Source: a virus (Duplodnaviria; Caudoviricetes). Taken from it: a DNA stretch of 30,421 nt. Position 1 is the stretch's first letter. Each line of letters starts with the position of its first letter. This document shows, piece by piece, positions 8,601-17,533 of this stretch. The notes under the pieces were generated by a model. That model did not search any database. It saw only the letters and a program-made list of their open reading frames with translations, and was not told the origin of the DNA. The stretch lies in IMG/VR virus record IMGVR_UViG_3300016472_000451, positions 1 to 30,421 of that record. One strand, given 5' to 3'. Both the position numbers and the translations under genes were made by a program.

Positions 8601-9509
8601 ACTTTCGTTAATTACTATAGCGGAACAAATTTAATACGTCAGGCTTATAGGCCGTACAAAGAAGGAAGCGGAAGATTGTATTTTGATTCTGCCTTTTACA
8701 GTATTGACGCAGGTTTAAGTGGAATGCGATTTGGTACATATGCTTTAGATGATATTGATTATAGATTAAATTCTAATTCTGTTTGGACCATACAAATAAG
8801 CACTAGTGGAGATTATGGAGGAGCTTTACAAGGAATTTATAATAGATATCCATCAGAAGTTCCAGGCAATCTACTTTATGATGGATGGTATCTAGAAAAA
8901 AATATTGATGAAGCAAAAATGTATAGAATCATAAATGCTACAGAAAAATCAAATAATATATTTAATATTTCTTGCGTGGAATATAATCCAGCAAAATATG
9001 CAGATATAGACACTGGAGTATCTTTGATTTCTGTTCCAGATAGAGCTCCGAATCCAAGACAACCATTGATCGGTATGAGTATATTATTTAGGAATCAAAC
9101 TGGTCACAATAGCGCTGGTGGGGCTGTGTACAATACATATCAAACAAAAGGTTTAAATAGTATTTACTATCAAATAACTGGTGGCGGAAGTGGTCCAGAT
9201 GGAACAGGTATTGTATCTTTATATAAATTATATGTTTCTAGTGGAGCGAGAAGATTCGCTCCCGAATCTGGATTAAAGCCGCCAGAAGAAGACCTATTAG
9301 CAGTATATACATCCAGGTTACCAGGCACAACATATAACCCAAGCAATACTCCTCCATTTTTTACACCACTTAGAACAGGAGATTATTTCTATGCGCTATA
9401 TGCTTATAACTCTGCTAATGAAACTTCTGTCCCAGGCACAGGAGTAATACAATTAGCGCAACAAACAATTCCAGAAGTAATTATTGGAAGTGGAGTCAAT
9501 GTATTATGA
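5685..9509 (+). CDS. gpJ: Lambda gpJ-like tip attachment / central tail protein
   Basis: ILDLISEGPIEG, KVKVPNNYDPIRKTYSGSWNGKFKLAWSDNPAWCYYDLVTNNRFGLG, EPRFTCNLY, FTYS...R...A.VRY, QARRLGKWFL.SE..ETETVTF and LRPGDIVKIVD. Confidence 0.92.
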   Translation: MPNVGGPNSVIEGLEKLDFPANYGNNFGGLEFPDSQAADYLGGRHTLQFSGKDSYGGNIDGPFPGDVSGHWGPVSVPYGLKGFIYGTKFSPATTAYESGWGRLLFSNYDLQVQYRAGCPNLRTDLQMPIQDSILAGYAGTSFTGTGFRTTDRSVTSVQRLNILDLISEGPIEGFVTGDYIYSTSGKKAGDIGYTSVLFSPFQVNTGQAPGQGAVEYWKATPESRSIFWNDTPIAAQKGFINFLYANYKYTYGDPNSHTISQPKINLYEERNHYDGERCDINKYPVVSSYTKLINEELYGGNFNAGPTSGYATPRRYYIYDTDIQAIKIHLKIKGLYTQVLTGARAGEYLREKLPVRFALYRLFSDRSEAFAQIDEPISTNPYLYAIDTVDYVGKVQVPTMVCYTFWMRSYKDSGYPLRVLPNQIGWVVHITKTVMEPMSLFTANAIEVSDIQCVYMDRFTYPQAAMVYSNFDSRYFSSVPERSYYVNLLKVKVPNNYDPIRKTYSGSWNGKFKLAWSDNPAWCYYDLVTNNRFGLGKYIDTSLVDKWSLYEAAQYCDQLVPNGNGGLEPRFTCNLYMANKAEAYKVLNDMASIFNAMPYYMAGQIFISQDRPKEPVYLFNNTNVVNGEFTYSDSSRKARRSVAMVRYNDEANNYKPALEYVEDKEAMMKYGIREVEVAAFGATRKSQARRLGKWFLASENLETETVTFDTSLEGGLLRPGDIVKIVDQNRQNKLYAGRAFDIDTGYAILDIPFNDFNRYILTGVNRSFTISFLTPSYNLYPGTTLGDNYLTGYKIASEDFSSGVNSNFYRKSHVQELYIQNTQQAITSGTENYSNFTRINFSGINTNKTNKYSLRYTSTINLTGNRYYKTTADGWGAPNGGEVYSLEGYRRNVFAEASPTRIDKYVMFGLNRDPGTDAGYTSLDYAWYYTNNGTLSIFENGTQITGPDFVGRSLPTIMSYTPSTALRVDYDGTFVNYYSGTNLIRQAYRPYKEGSGRLYFDSAFYSIDAGLSGMRFGTYALDDIDYRLNSNSVWTIQISTSGDYGGALQGIYNRYPSEVPGNLLYDGWYLEKNIDEAKMYRIINATEKSNNIFNISCVEYNPAKYADIDTGVSLISVPDRAPNPRQPLIGMSILFRNQTGHNSAGGAVYNTYQTKGLNSIYYQITGGGSGPDGTGIVSLYKLYVSSGARRFAPESGLKPPEEDLLAVYTSRLPGTTYNPSNTPPFFTPLRTGDYFYALYAYNSANETSVPGTGVIQLAQQTIPEVIIGSGVNVL

Positions 9510-10429
9510 TAGATATTTTTAAAACAAATCAAAAAGATATAACTATTTCGTGGGACTCGCAAAGAAAACTGCCTCAAGGAATTATGGGGGAAGGTATAGC
9601 TAAAAATTTTCCGTCTTTTAACGTTAAGATCCTAGATGAAAATTTAAATGATCTATATATTTATGAAAATATACCTTCTGCAGAACAAATTGGGGTAATA
9701 TCTAAAGCAAGTTATTCAGCTAAAGAAAAATTTATTCGAGAAAACCCAGCGGTCGTTTTTACCAGTCCAAGAGTTCAGGCTTCGATCTTTGATGTGCAAG
9801 ATTTTATAAAAAATAGTTTTACATTTTCTATAGAAGAGAACGGTAGAATTTTTTTTGAAAAAAATAATAAATATGGATTTTATAAAAAAGTACATATATT
9901 AATATCTCACAATGACTACGCCAGGAATTCTTATGAATGCCTCGTTGAATACGAAGATCCAGTCTTATTGGATTTTCAACAGGCTACAGAAAAGATTTAT
10001 AGAAGTACAGATGGGCTAAGTATTAAATTTAAATTTGATCCATTAAAATTTGAAAGTTCTAAGGTAGCCGCTATTTTAATTCTAGCGAAGTCAAATAATA
10101 TAATGTTATCCCCATTATTTTCTAAAGACTTACCTTCTAAATGGTTAAACTCAATAGAAAATTCAAAGATTTTGACTTTACCCTTCAAAGAGACCGGATT
10201 ATTAGAAGACATAGATTTATTAGATATCGAGCTATACGGACTATCTCCAAGCCAGTCTGTAGTAGTTGAAGAAATTTTAAAACAAAATAATTTAACTATA
10301 TTAAAAGAATTTTTAGATAGCTTTGTAAGCTGTAAGATTATTGATTCAATAAATAAAGTTAATCCTAGCGCTATAGAAATTCAAGAATTAAAAGAACGTT
10401 TAGCTCGTTTAGAGCAAGAAAATATTTAA
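9506..10429 (+). CDS. Hypothetical protein, probably tail-associated
   Basis: 307-aa ORF coupled to gpJ by an ATGA overlap; short C-terminal coiled coil (EIQELKERLARLEQ). Confidence 0.7.
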   Translation: MIDIFKTNQKDITISWDSQRKLPQGIMGEGIAKNFPSFNVKILDENLNDLYIYENIPSAEQIGVISKASYSAKEKFIRENPAVVFTSPRVQASIFDVQDFIKNSFTFSIEENGRIFFEKNNKYGFYKKVHILISHNDYARNSYECLVEYEDPVLLDFQQATEKIYRSTDGLSIKFKFDPLKFESSKVAAILILAKSNNIMLSPLFSKDLPSKWLNSIENSKILTLPFKETGLLEDIDLLDIELYGLSPSQSVVVEEILKQNNLTILKEFLDSFVSCKIIDSINKVNPSAIEIQELKERLARLEQENI

Positions 10430-10434
10430 TATAA

Positions 10435-13400
10435 TCATCTTCTTAATAGGCCGCCGATCCTCTGCTGTTCATTTATTATCTTAAGAACTTCGGTTCTAAT
10501 TTTTTCTGCCATATTTTTATTTTTATTTATTTCTGCGTTAAGAGACGGCCCAGTATTGCTTGGTCCCGTCACAATAGGAGAATCTACAGTTACAGATGAT
10601 TGGGCTGGTTGACCAGGAGAAACATTAATATTTATATTAACATTATTTACTATACTCGTATTATCATTAACTGAAGTTTCTACTGGTTTAGCATCAACTC
10701 TAAAATCTGCCATAGATGGATATCTTTTATCTTCTTCTACTATGCCTAAACGACTCTCTGGTAATCCAACCATACCACCTTCTGCAAATTTTGGTATAGA
10801 ACCGCTATTTAATTTATCAAAAAATGAAGAGCCGTAAGAATTTACCGCATCTTTATTGATAACATATTCTCCTTCCATTAATAAAGCTGGGACATTATCT
10901 TTTTCGCCTCCTAATGGAGATCCTTTAGCTCTTTTTACTATAGATGAACCACGAGGCAATCTTGTTCCTCCCATGTCTTGGCTCATCAAGTTAAGCCCAG
11001 CTCCAATAATTCCTTTTGGAGAAGGCTGGCTAACTCCTCCCATAGCCTCACTCATAAGATTTAATCCAGCGCCGATTATATTTTTTCTGGGAGAAATACT
11101 TCTTTTGTATATTCTATTTAATGGTTCTTGACCAGAACTACCCTCCGCAAGTGAGTTCAATTCTCGTTCAATTTTATTTATAAATTTAGGTTTAGTTTTC
11201 TCTCCCGCAGATTCTCTCGTAGGTATCTGACCTCTGTTTAACTTATCAAAAAAATCTTCACCATAATATTTAACTGCTTTTGGATGAATTATATATTCTC
11301 CACCCATTAAAAGAGCAGGTATAGATTCTTTATTTTCTCCTCCTGAAGCAAAAGAAGGAATGCGTCCGCCACGAGCTCTTCTTAAATCAGGTTTTGTGTA
11401 TCTAAATTTATTTCCAAAATTTGGGGCAGGTTGAGCTTTATTTGATCCCAAGCTTGTAGAAGATCCATATTTATCGTAATTTTGCGCTTTCCCAGTATTA
11501 AATAATCTATCCCACATAGATAAACCTGTATTTCCACCAAAACCAAAAGCGCTACTCAGAGCAGGGATAGCATATGTAGAAAGTAATCCAGCCCCTACAA
11601 TTCCTCCGGCTTGAACTAAGCCACCCAAGAGCTGACTTTTTCTTTGTTGATTAAACGCATCTCTTTGAGCTTTATTAATTTGGTCAATCATAGCCTTCCT
11701 TTGCGCATTTTCTTCATTTACCCTAGCTTCTTCTTCTCTATTCCTTTCTGCAAGGTCAACAGCCTCAGCTAAATAACTTTGTAAATTATCATATCTTGCC
11801 CTTAATACATCTCTTTGAGGATTATTTTCGTCATAAAGCGCCGCAGCAGATAATTGAGGATCAATCTCAAATCTTCCACTCGTAGGTCTAAAAGTATCAT
11901 TATAAACAAAATTTGCCTTGCCCTCATAAGAAAACTCTCCGCCAGTATTTATATTTTCTCCAGGTAATTCTGTGGTATAAGGACCAGCTAACCTTAACGC
12001 TTCCTCAGCTTCTATTTCTGCTACGGAAGGGCCACGCCTACTACCCATTCCAAAAGTTAAATTAGGATCTCCTCCAATAGACGAAGGCTTTAATCTACCT
12101 CCTTCTGCAAATTTTGGCATTGCTCCCTGATTTAATTTATTTAAAAAATCTTTTCCGTATTTATTAACTGCAGATTTACGAATAACATATTCTCCACCAG
12201 TCAAAAATGTAAGTATATCATCTTTATATCCTGATCCTCCTTCGACTTCGCCTCCATAAGCATATTTTTTAACTTCCCCACCATAACCAAATTTTGCTAG
12301 ACCTCCAGAACCAAATTTAAATAAATCCCCTAATCCAAATCCTCGAGTAATGCTAGAGAATATTTGATTTGTCGCAGCTTCCAAGGCTAATTGTTGTATT
12401 CTTCTAGCGATATTTAATGCCATATTTCTAAAAGCGTCTTCTGCAGTTTGAGAATTGTCTACTATACTTTGAAAAGCGTTAGCGAATTCAGATTTTATTG
12501 TTCTTGCAGTATCAATCGCCCCAGTTTGTAAATCTCTATATAAATCTTCAGTTCTATAATCAAATTCTGTAAAAAATGCGTCGCCTACATCGAGAGCCTT
12601 TCTACCATCAGAAACAGCTTTACCAGACAATAATCTCTGTTCTCTTTGCTGCTGCCTTTCTTGCTTGTATTGGTCTGCAAACATCAGACCTTGATCTCTT
12701 TTAGACTTAGTTTTTTCGCTTTCGATTAAGGCTAATAAAGCATTTCTATATTGATCTTCCGTAATTATTCTTTGTTTAACTTTTTCAGCGAGAATTCTTT
12801 CCTGTTCCGCAATTTGTTGAGAAACCCTATCTCTTTCGTCTTGATTTAGAATTTCCATATTTAATTGTCTAAGTTGTTTTTCGTAATCTTGCCCTAATAA
12901 TAAGTCTGGAGCCATTTCATTCTGTCCAACTTTTTGTATATATCTTCTTATCTCTTCAGAATTTAATTTACTAATTCCTTGCATATCTGCTCTATATCTC
13001 TCTATAAAATCTTGGGTAGTTTCAATAGTATTAAATATTTCTTCCGTCAGCTTACTAGCTCCAGCCTTAGTCTTCTTTAACTCATTTACAACAAATCTTA
13101 CTCCTGCATTTAAATCTCCAGAACTAATAGCTACTTTCACAGCTTCTTTAGCAACATTTTCAAATTCTGGTGCGACTTTCCCATCTACGTCTGTATATAA
13201 TTTTTTAATAATATCTACAAAAGTTTCTAATTGTTGACCAGCTTTCTTTGCGTCATCAGCAAGCATTTGCGCTTCTTTATAAGCTTCAGAAGCTCCAGTT
13301 TCTAAAATGCCTTGTTTCCCTTGAAGGAAAGCTAAAGTATCTGCAGCCTGACTTTTAGCGTAATCCAAATTACCGCCTGTTTCTACCGTTATTCCAGCGC

Positions 13401-16400
13401 CCTTGGCTGTAGATGGCTTATTTAATGTATCTTCTGCATCTTTAATCATGCTCTTAACAAATTGTTTAGCCCATTCTAAAGTTCCTTCTTGACCTTGTAA
13501 TTGTCGAGCCATAGTAATTTGACCTTGAGAATCTACCGTGGTCTGCATTGGGCCTAAAGCTCGAAGATTTACTGGCCTTGTATTTTTTGAAAGTTCTGAT
13601 AAATTATTTAAATCTGTAATAACTTCGTCGATTTTTCTTCTTCCTTCTTCTGTTTTAGCTAAATTAGTGGTATAACGAAGCCCTGTTTGCTTACTCCTCA
13701 CATCTATAAGACTTTTAGCAAACTCCTCTGCTTCTGCCTTACTTTTAATTCCGCCAGATTGCTTTAATCCTTCGAAATATGCTTCTAAATTTTTTTCTTG
13801 AATCTCTGCTGCGCCTTGGGCAAAGCTTTCAGCAAGAAGTCCTCCTAATTCTTCAAATCTACCACTCTTTATTTTTTCTAAAATTCCAGCTTGCAATTGC
13901 TCAGGAAAAACAGATACGCTGTCTACAATTTTTTCATATAGCAAATCTAAATTTGCCTGTTTAACATCTGGCTCCCCCTTCATTGAGAGAGTTCTTCTAT
14001 ATTGTTCTACTAAAGGCATTATTTGCTGTGTGGCTCCTTGCCTTTGATTAAATCTATCTTGAAGTATTCCAAGCTCTTTATTTAATAGATCATATCTCTC
14101 TCTTCTCGTCATCTCATTTTCTTGACTTTTACCTATTTTATATCCTCCGTAAGCCCCTGCGCCTCCGCCGAGCAATGGTAAAAATGGTGCAATAGCTCTA
14201 AGCTGAGGAACAACACGGGCAAGCGGGGCAAGCATAGACCCCGCAGAGGAGCCTAAAAAACCATAGGTTGTAGCTTGAGATAATGTGTTATATCCTGCTT
14301 GAGTTTTTGCATCTTGACTATCAAATTGCGCAGCAGTTTGAATTAATGTTGGAGCTAAAAATGACATAGTTAAAACAGTAGTTTCTAGCTTACTATTTAG
14401 TTTCTCTAGTTTACTTCCAAAATTATTCATTGCGGAAGCCGCTTTACTTGCGCTATTTACAACAGAAGCAGATGATTGTTGCTCGGCTAGGCTCCCTGTT
14501 GTTTCAGTTTGTTTTATAAATCTTCCGGTACTTGGATCTCTAACGCTATATTTGGCAAAATTGGGCACAAACCCTTTATTAAAAGAAGATTGTAAAATTT
14601 TTGAATTTTTAATTGCTTTTCTAATACCTTCGGGATGGTCTTTTTTAACATCGCTAAAATTCTTTTGCGTAGAACCATCCCTTACATATAGACCAATACC
14701 TTTTTGAAGATCTAATACGGGCTTTCCTCCCATCGCCACTTCTGCCTCAATAGCTTTTTGTAAATCTGCAAAGTTAGGTATAAAGCCATTAAATCTACTT
14801 TTTGTCTTAGATGCATTTTCTATTGGGTTTTCGAACTTGTGTATTTTTTTCGCCATGCTATTTAAATTTCCATCAGATAAAGAATTTTTTAAATCTGCAT
14901 ATACCGTGGTCCCAAATCCTCCGTATGGTAATTTAAACCTTTTTTGGATTCTGCCTAATTCACCAGAGTCTAGATCAAAATTAGCTATTTCACTTAATGT
15001 AATAGAACTTATGGAAGCTTTTATTCCTGCTTCGAAAATTTGCCCTAAAGAAGACTCTACGGCGCTTCTGCTTAAATTAGACTGAATATTACTTTTAAAT
15101 CTATTTGTATCAACAATTTGAGGCTTTGTTATTAAACCTCTAAAGTAATTTGAAGATAAATCAATTAAATTTCTTCTTACATCTTCATATAATTTTTCAT
15201 TTATATCGAAATTCGATCCAGGGAAAGGATAGGTTTTGAATCTATAAATTCTTCGATTTTTTGATGCATCAGCCGTATATCCGGCAGAAACATTTGGGGT
15301 AGATTGAGAAAAAGAAGGGAAAACTAAACCATAAGTTGAATATGGTCTTTTATTAGAAAACCCTCCTGCTCCCATTTCTGATTTTAATGCTGCAGCTCTA
15401 GCGGCAGCTTTACCTTCTTCCGTCCTTTTAAATTGACTTGTTAAACCTGTCTTATACCTTTGGTCTATAAACGCTACTTCATCTTTCGTTCCTTTGTATA
15501 AATATTTAATAGCATCTTTTGGAATTCCAGATTTTAAAGCAACCGCAGCCTCATCGCTAGAAATAGATACAAACCCTTTTTTAGCGTATTGCTGTTGAAT
15601 ATATCTCTGAAGAGGTAATCCACTTAAAGAAGCAAAATTCGGAATGAACCCATCACTTTTATATGGGTCAAAACCTAATCTATCTGTAAAATTAGTTTTA
15701 TATCTTTTACCAGCTCTACTATTCTCTGGCGGTATAATTGCAGGTTGCGATGCGCCAGGAAATTTTTTTACTTGTTCAGCCGTGTTATAGATGACTTTTC
15801 CTTCTCCAGGGATATACATCTCTTTAATATTTCCTGGTACATATCCGCCAGCAAGTGCCCCATAAATTTCAGGGATATAACCTTCACTTTTTGTTTTTGT
15901 TGTTAGCATACCTCCACGAGATACGGTAACCCCTCTAGACATTAAATTGCCTGATAATTGAGATGCTATCGCCGCCGATCTTTGCCTTTCCAAAGTTTGA
16001 GATTTTATAACACTTAATATTTGATTTTCTACTTGTAATAGACTTGTTTGCTTAGATAATATTGATGCGACTAATTGAGGCTCTTTAGATAATACTTCTA
16101 ATATTCTTGTTTGTATTAATGATCTCTGTTCAGAAGCTTTATTTAGACTTAGCAAGCTTTTGAGCGAATCCAAAGCAAACTTGCCTAAATTTAAAAATAA
16201 TTTACCTAAAACTGCAGTTAGCAATATAACTCCTGGGCCCGCTATAAAAGTGCCTATACCATCAACAATGCCTTTTCCAATTTTACCTCCCGTGGTAGAT
16301 GTATCTAAAGATATATTTTCTAGCCCCTTATTTGCAAGATTTAATAAATTAGAAATCGTAGGCTTAAAAGCTGTTTCGCCAACTTCAGCTCCAACACGAG

Positions 16401-17505
16401 TAATATTTGCTAATGTTTTATTTAATAAAGCAGATACAGTCTCATTTAATTCTTGATTTCTTTTAATCGCTTCGTCCGTCGAAGTATTTGCAACATCTAA
16501 TGCGTTTTGATAAATAGAATATTCTTTTGATAAATCTCCTAAAGCTGCTTTCAAAATATTAATTTGGAATACTCCACCGACTTGTTCTGCGATCGCAGAT
16601 CTTTGCGAATCGCCTAAATTATCAAACCTTTTAGCTAATTCTTCTAATATTTTAAGTGCAGGTAATGTATTTCCTTCCAAATCTTTTACTTGTATACCTA
16701 ATCCCTGTAAAGCGTCTAAAGTGTCTTGTCTTTGTATTCTCGTAAATATAGTTTTTAATGAATTTCCAATAACTGCACCACCTCGAGCAGTTGTTTGTTG
16801 TACGCTAGTAACTATCGCTAAAAGTTCATCGAAGCTAACTCCTGCATCTAACGCACTACTTCCTACTCGCTGTATTGCATTTGCTAAGTCTGCAGAACTT
16901 ACAGCAAAAGCAGCGTCAACATTCGCTAATTTATTAATTACCTCAGTTGAGGTTAAGCCCACTTTACTAAAACTATTGACCGCTGCGGTCAAAGCTTCTA
17001 CGCTACTTACAGTATCTAAACCGCTTAATCTTGTAAGAATTAAAGCATCATTTGTTCTTTTTAATGTTTCTTCTACGCTTAAACCTTGGCGAGCGAATTC
17101 TGTTGCCGCAGAAGCAACTTCTTTGAAAGTTTGACCAGTATTTTTTGCAACCTCAAATAACTGATTGCTAAAAGACTTTAGCGTTCCTTCGCTAGCATTT
17201 AAGATAACATTTATATCCTTTAATGATTTTTCTACTTCTATTGTAGTACGTATTAAATCTGTAAAAGACTTTTGAACCGCATATATAATACCTGCGCTTG
17301 CGCCGAAAGCAATAACTCTAGCGTTAGATGCGTCTAATGATTTTTGAAATTCGCTGGTTGCCCCAGTTATTCTTCCTAATGGTTGGGTAAATGCCTTTTC
17401 GTTAAATCCTTTTAACTTAAAGTCTTTGGATAAGGCAATTTGAATATCTCTTTCTAATTGCCTTGTATCTGCGCTTACAGGGATTGTAGCTGTAGTTCTT
17501 GCCAT
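10435..17505 (-). CDS. Tail tape measure protein (TP901-type N-terminal domain, lambda gpH-like C-terminus)
   Basis: 2356 aa. N-terminal TMP core (EVASAATEFARQG, KLANVDAAFAVSSADLANAIQRVGS, GGAVIGNSLKTIFTRI) and C-terminal FAxGG / PALL.GEYVI modules ending NNVNININV...INEQQRIGGLL. Lies downstream of tube and chaperone genes. Confidence 0.93.
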   Translation of the reverse strand: MARTTATIPVSADTRQLERDIQIALSKDFKLKGFNEKAFTQPLGRITGATSEFQKSLDASNARVIAFGASAGIIYAVQKSFTDLIRTTIEVEKSLKDINVILNASEGTLKSFSNQLFEVAKNTGQTFKEVASAATEFARQGLSVEETLKRTNDALILTRLSGLDTVSSVEALTAAVNSFSKVGLTSTEVINKLANVDAAFAVSSADLANAIQRVGSSALDAGVSFDELLAIVTSVQQTTARGGAVIGNSLKTIFTRIQRQDTLDALQGLGIQVKDLEGNTLPALKILEELAKRFDNLGDSQRSAIAEQVGGVFQINILKAALGDLSKEYSIYQNALDVANTSTDEAIKRNQELNETVSALLNKTLANITRVGAEVGETAFKPTISNLLNLANKGLENISLDTSTTGGKIGKGIVDGIGTFIAGPGVILLTAVLGKLFLNLGKFALDSLKSLLSLNKASEQRSLIQTRILEVLSKEPQLVASILSKQTSLLQVENQILSVIKSQTLERQRSAAIASQLSGNLMSRGVTVSRGGMLTTKTKSEGYIPEIYGALAGGYVPGNIKEMYIPGEGKVIYNTAEQVKKFPGASQPAIIPPENSRAGKRYKTNFTDRLGFDPYKSDGFIPNFASLSGLPLQRYIQQQYAKKGFVSISSDEAAVALKSGIPKDAIKYLYKGTKDEVAFIDQRYKTGLTSQFKRTEEGKAAARAAALKSEMGAGGFSNKRPYSTYGLVFPSFSQSTPNVSAGYTADASKNRRIYRFKTYPFPGSNFDINEKLYEDVRRNLIDLSSNYFRGLITKPQIVDTNRFKSNIQSNLSRSAVESSLGQIFEAGIKASISSITLSEIANFDLDSGELGRIQKRFKLPYGGFGTTVYADLKNSLSDGNLNSMAKKIHKFENPIENASKTKSRFNGFIPNFADLQKAIEAEVAMGGKPVLDLQKGIGLYVRDGSTQKNFSDVKKDHPEGIRKAIKNSKILQSSFNKGFVPNFAKYSVRDPSTGRFIKQTETTGSLAEQQSSASVVNSASKAASAMNNFGSKLEKLNSKLETTVLTMSFLAPTLIQTAAQFDSQDAKTQAGYNTLSQATTYGFLGSSAGSMLAPLARVVPQLRAIAPFLPLLGGGAGAYGGYKIGKSQENEMTRRERYDLLNKELGILQDRFNQRQGATQQIMPLVEQYRRTLSMKGEPDVKQANLDLLYEKIVDSVSVFPEQLQAGILEKIKSGRFEELGGLLAESFAQGAAEIQEKNLEAYFEGLKQSGGIKSKAEAEEFAKSLIDVRSKQTGLRYTTNLAKTEEGRRKIDEVITDLNNLSELSKNTRPVNLRALGPMQTTVDSQGQITMARQLQGQEGTLEWAKQFVKSMIKDAEDTLNKPSTAKGAGITVETGGNLDYAKSQAADTLAFLQGKQGILETGASEAYKEAQMLADDAKKAGQQLETFVDIIKKLYTDVDGKVAPEFENVAKEAVKVAISSGDLNAGVRFVVNELKKTKAGASKLTEEIFNTIETTQDFIERYRADMQGISKLNSEEIRRYIQKVGQNEMAPDLLLGQDYEKQLRQLNMEILNQDERDRVSQQIAEQERILAEKVKQRIITEDQYRNALLALIESEKTKSKRDQGLMFADQYKQERQQQREQRLLSGKAVSDGRKALDVGDAFFTEFDYRTEDLYRDLQTGAIDTARTIKSEFANAFQSIVDNSQTAEDAFRNMALNIARRIQQLALEAATNQIFSSITRGFGLGDLFKFGSGGLAKFGYGGEVKKYAYGGEVEGGSGYKDDILTFLTGGEYVIRKSAVNKYGKDFLNKLNQGAMPKFAEGGRLKPSSIGGDPNLTFGMGSRRGPSVAEIEAEEALRLAGPYTTELPGENINTGGEFSYEGKANFVYNDTFRPTSGRFEIDPQLSAAALYDENNPQRDVLRARYDNLQSYLAEAVDLAERNREEEARVNEENAQRKAMIDQINKAQRDAFNQQRKSQLLGGLVQAGGIVGAGLLSTYAIPALSSAFGFGGNTGLSMWDRLFNTGKAQNYDKYGSSTSLGSNKAQPAPNFGNKFRYTKPDLRRARGGRIPSFASGGENKESIPALLMGGEYIIHPKAVKYYGEDFFDKLNRGQIPTRESAGEKTKPKFINKIERELNSLAEGSSGQEPLNRIYKRSISPRKNIIGAGLNLMSEAMGGVSQPSPKGIIGAGLNLMSQDMGGTRLPRGSSIVKRAKGSPLGGEKDNVPALLMEGEYVINKDAVNSYGSSFFDKLNSGSIPKFAEGGMVGLPESRLGIVEEDKRYPSMADFRVDAKPVETSVNDNTSIVNNVNININVSPGQPAQSSVTVDSPIVTGPSNTGPSLNAEINKNKNMAEKIRTEVLKIINEQQRIGGLLRR
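10774..12225 (-). repeat. Three dispersed ~40-aa repeats in the TMP (K.xIPALLxGGEYVI.K.AV..YG..FFDKLN.G.IPKFAEGG)
   Basis: Copies at about 12097-12225, 11221-11331 and 10774-10902 in the translation. Confidence 0.85.
14554..15651 (-). repeat. GF(I/V)PNFA peptide motif x3 in the TMP
   Basis: Copies at 15631-15651, 14767-14787 and 14554-14574, plus a degenerate GYIP at 15871-15882. Confidence 0.85.
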
Positions 17506-17533
17506 AATTCCTTATTCCTAACCTATAATAATA

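Noticed and set aside
10367-10429. Peptidase S74 intramolecular chaperone at the end of the 307-aa ORF
   Set aside because: Only a generic terminal coiled coil is present; the SD.RLK cleavage motif and G.IAQE motif are missing.
1814-10434. Actively invertible tail-tip cassette (Gin/Cin-like)
   Set aside because: No inverted repeats shared by the two boundaries and no recombinase in the window.
10435-17505. Tail length estimate from total TMP length
   Set aside because: Much of the protein appears globular or processed, so the residues-to-length rule would overestimate.
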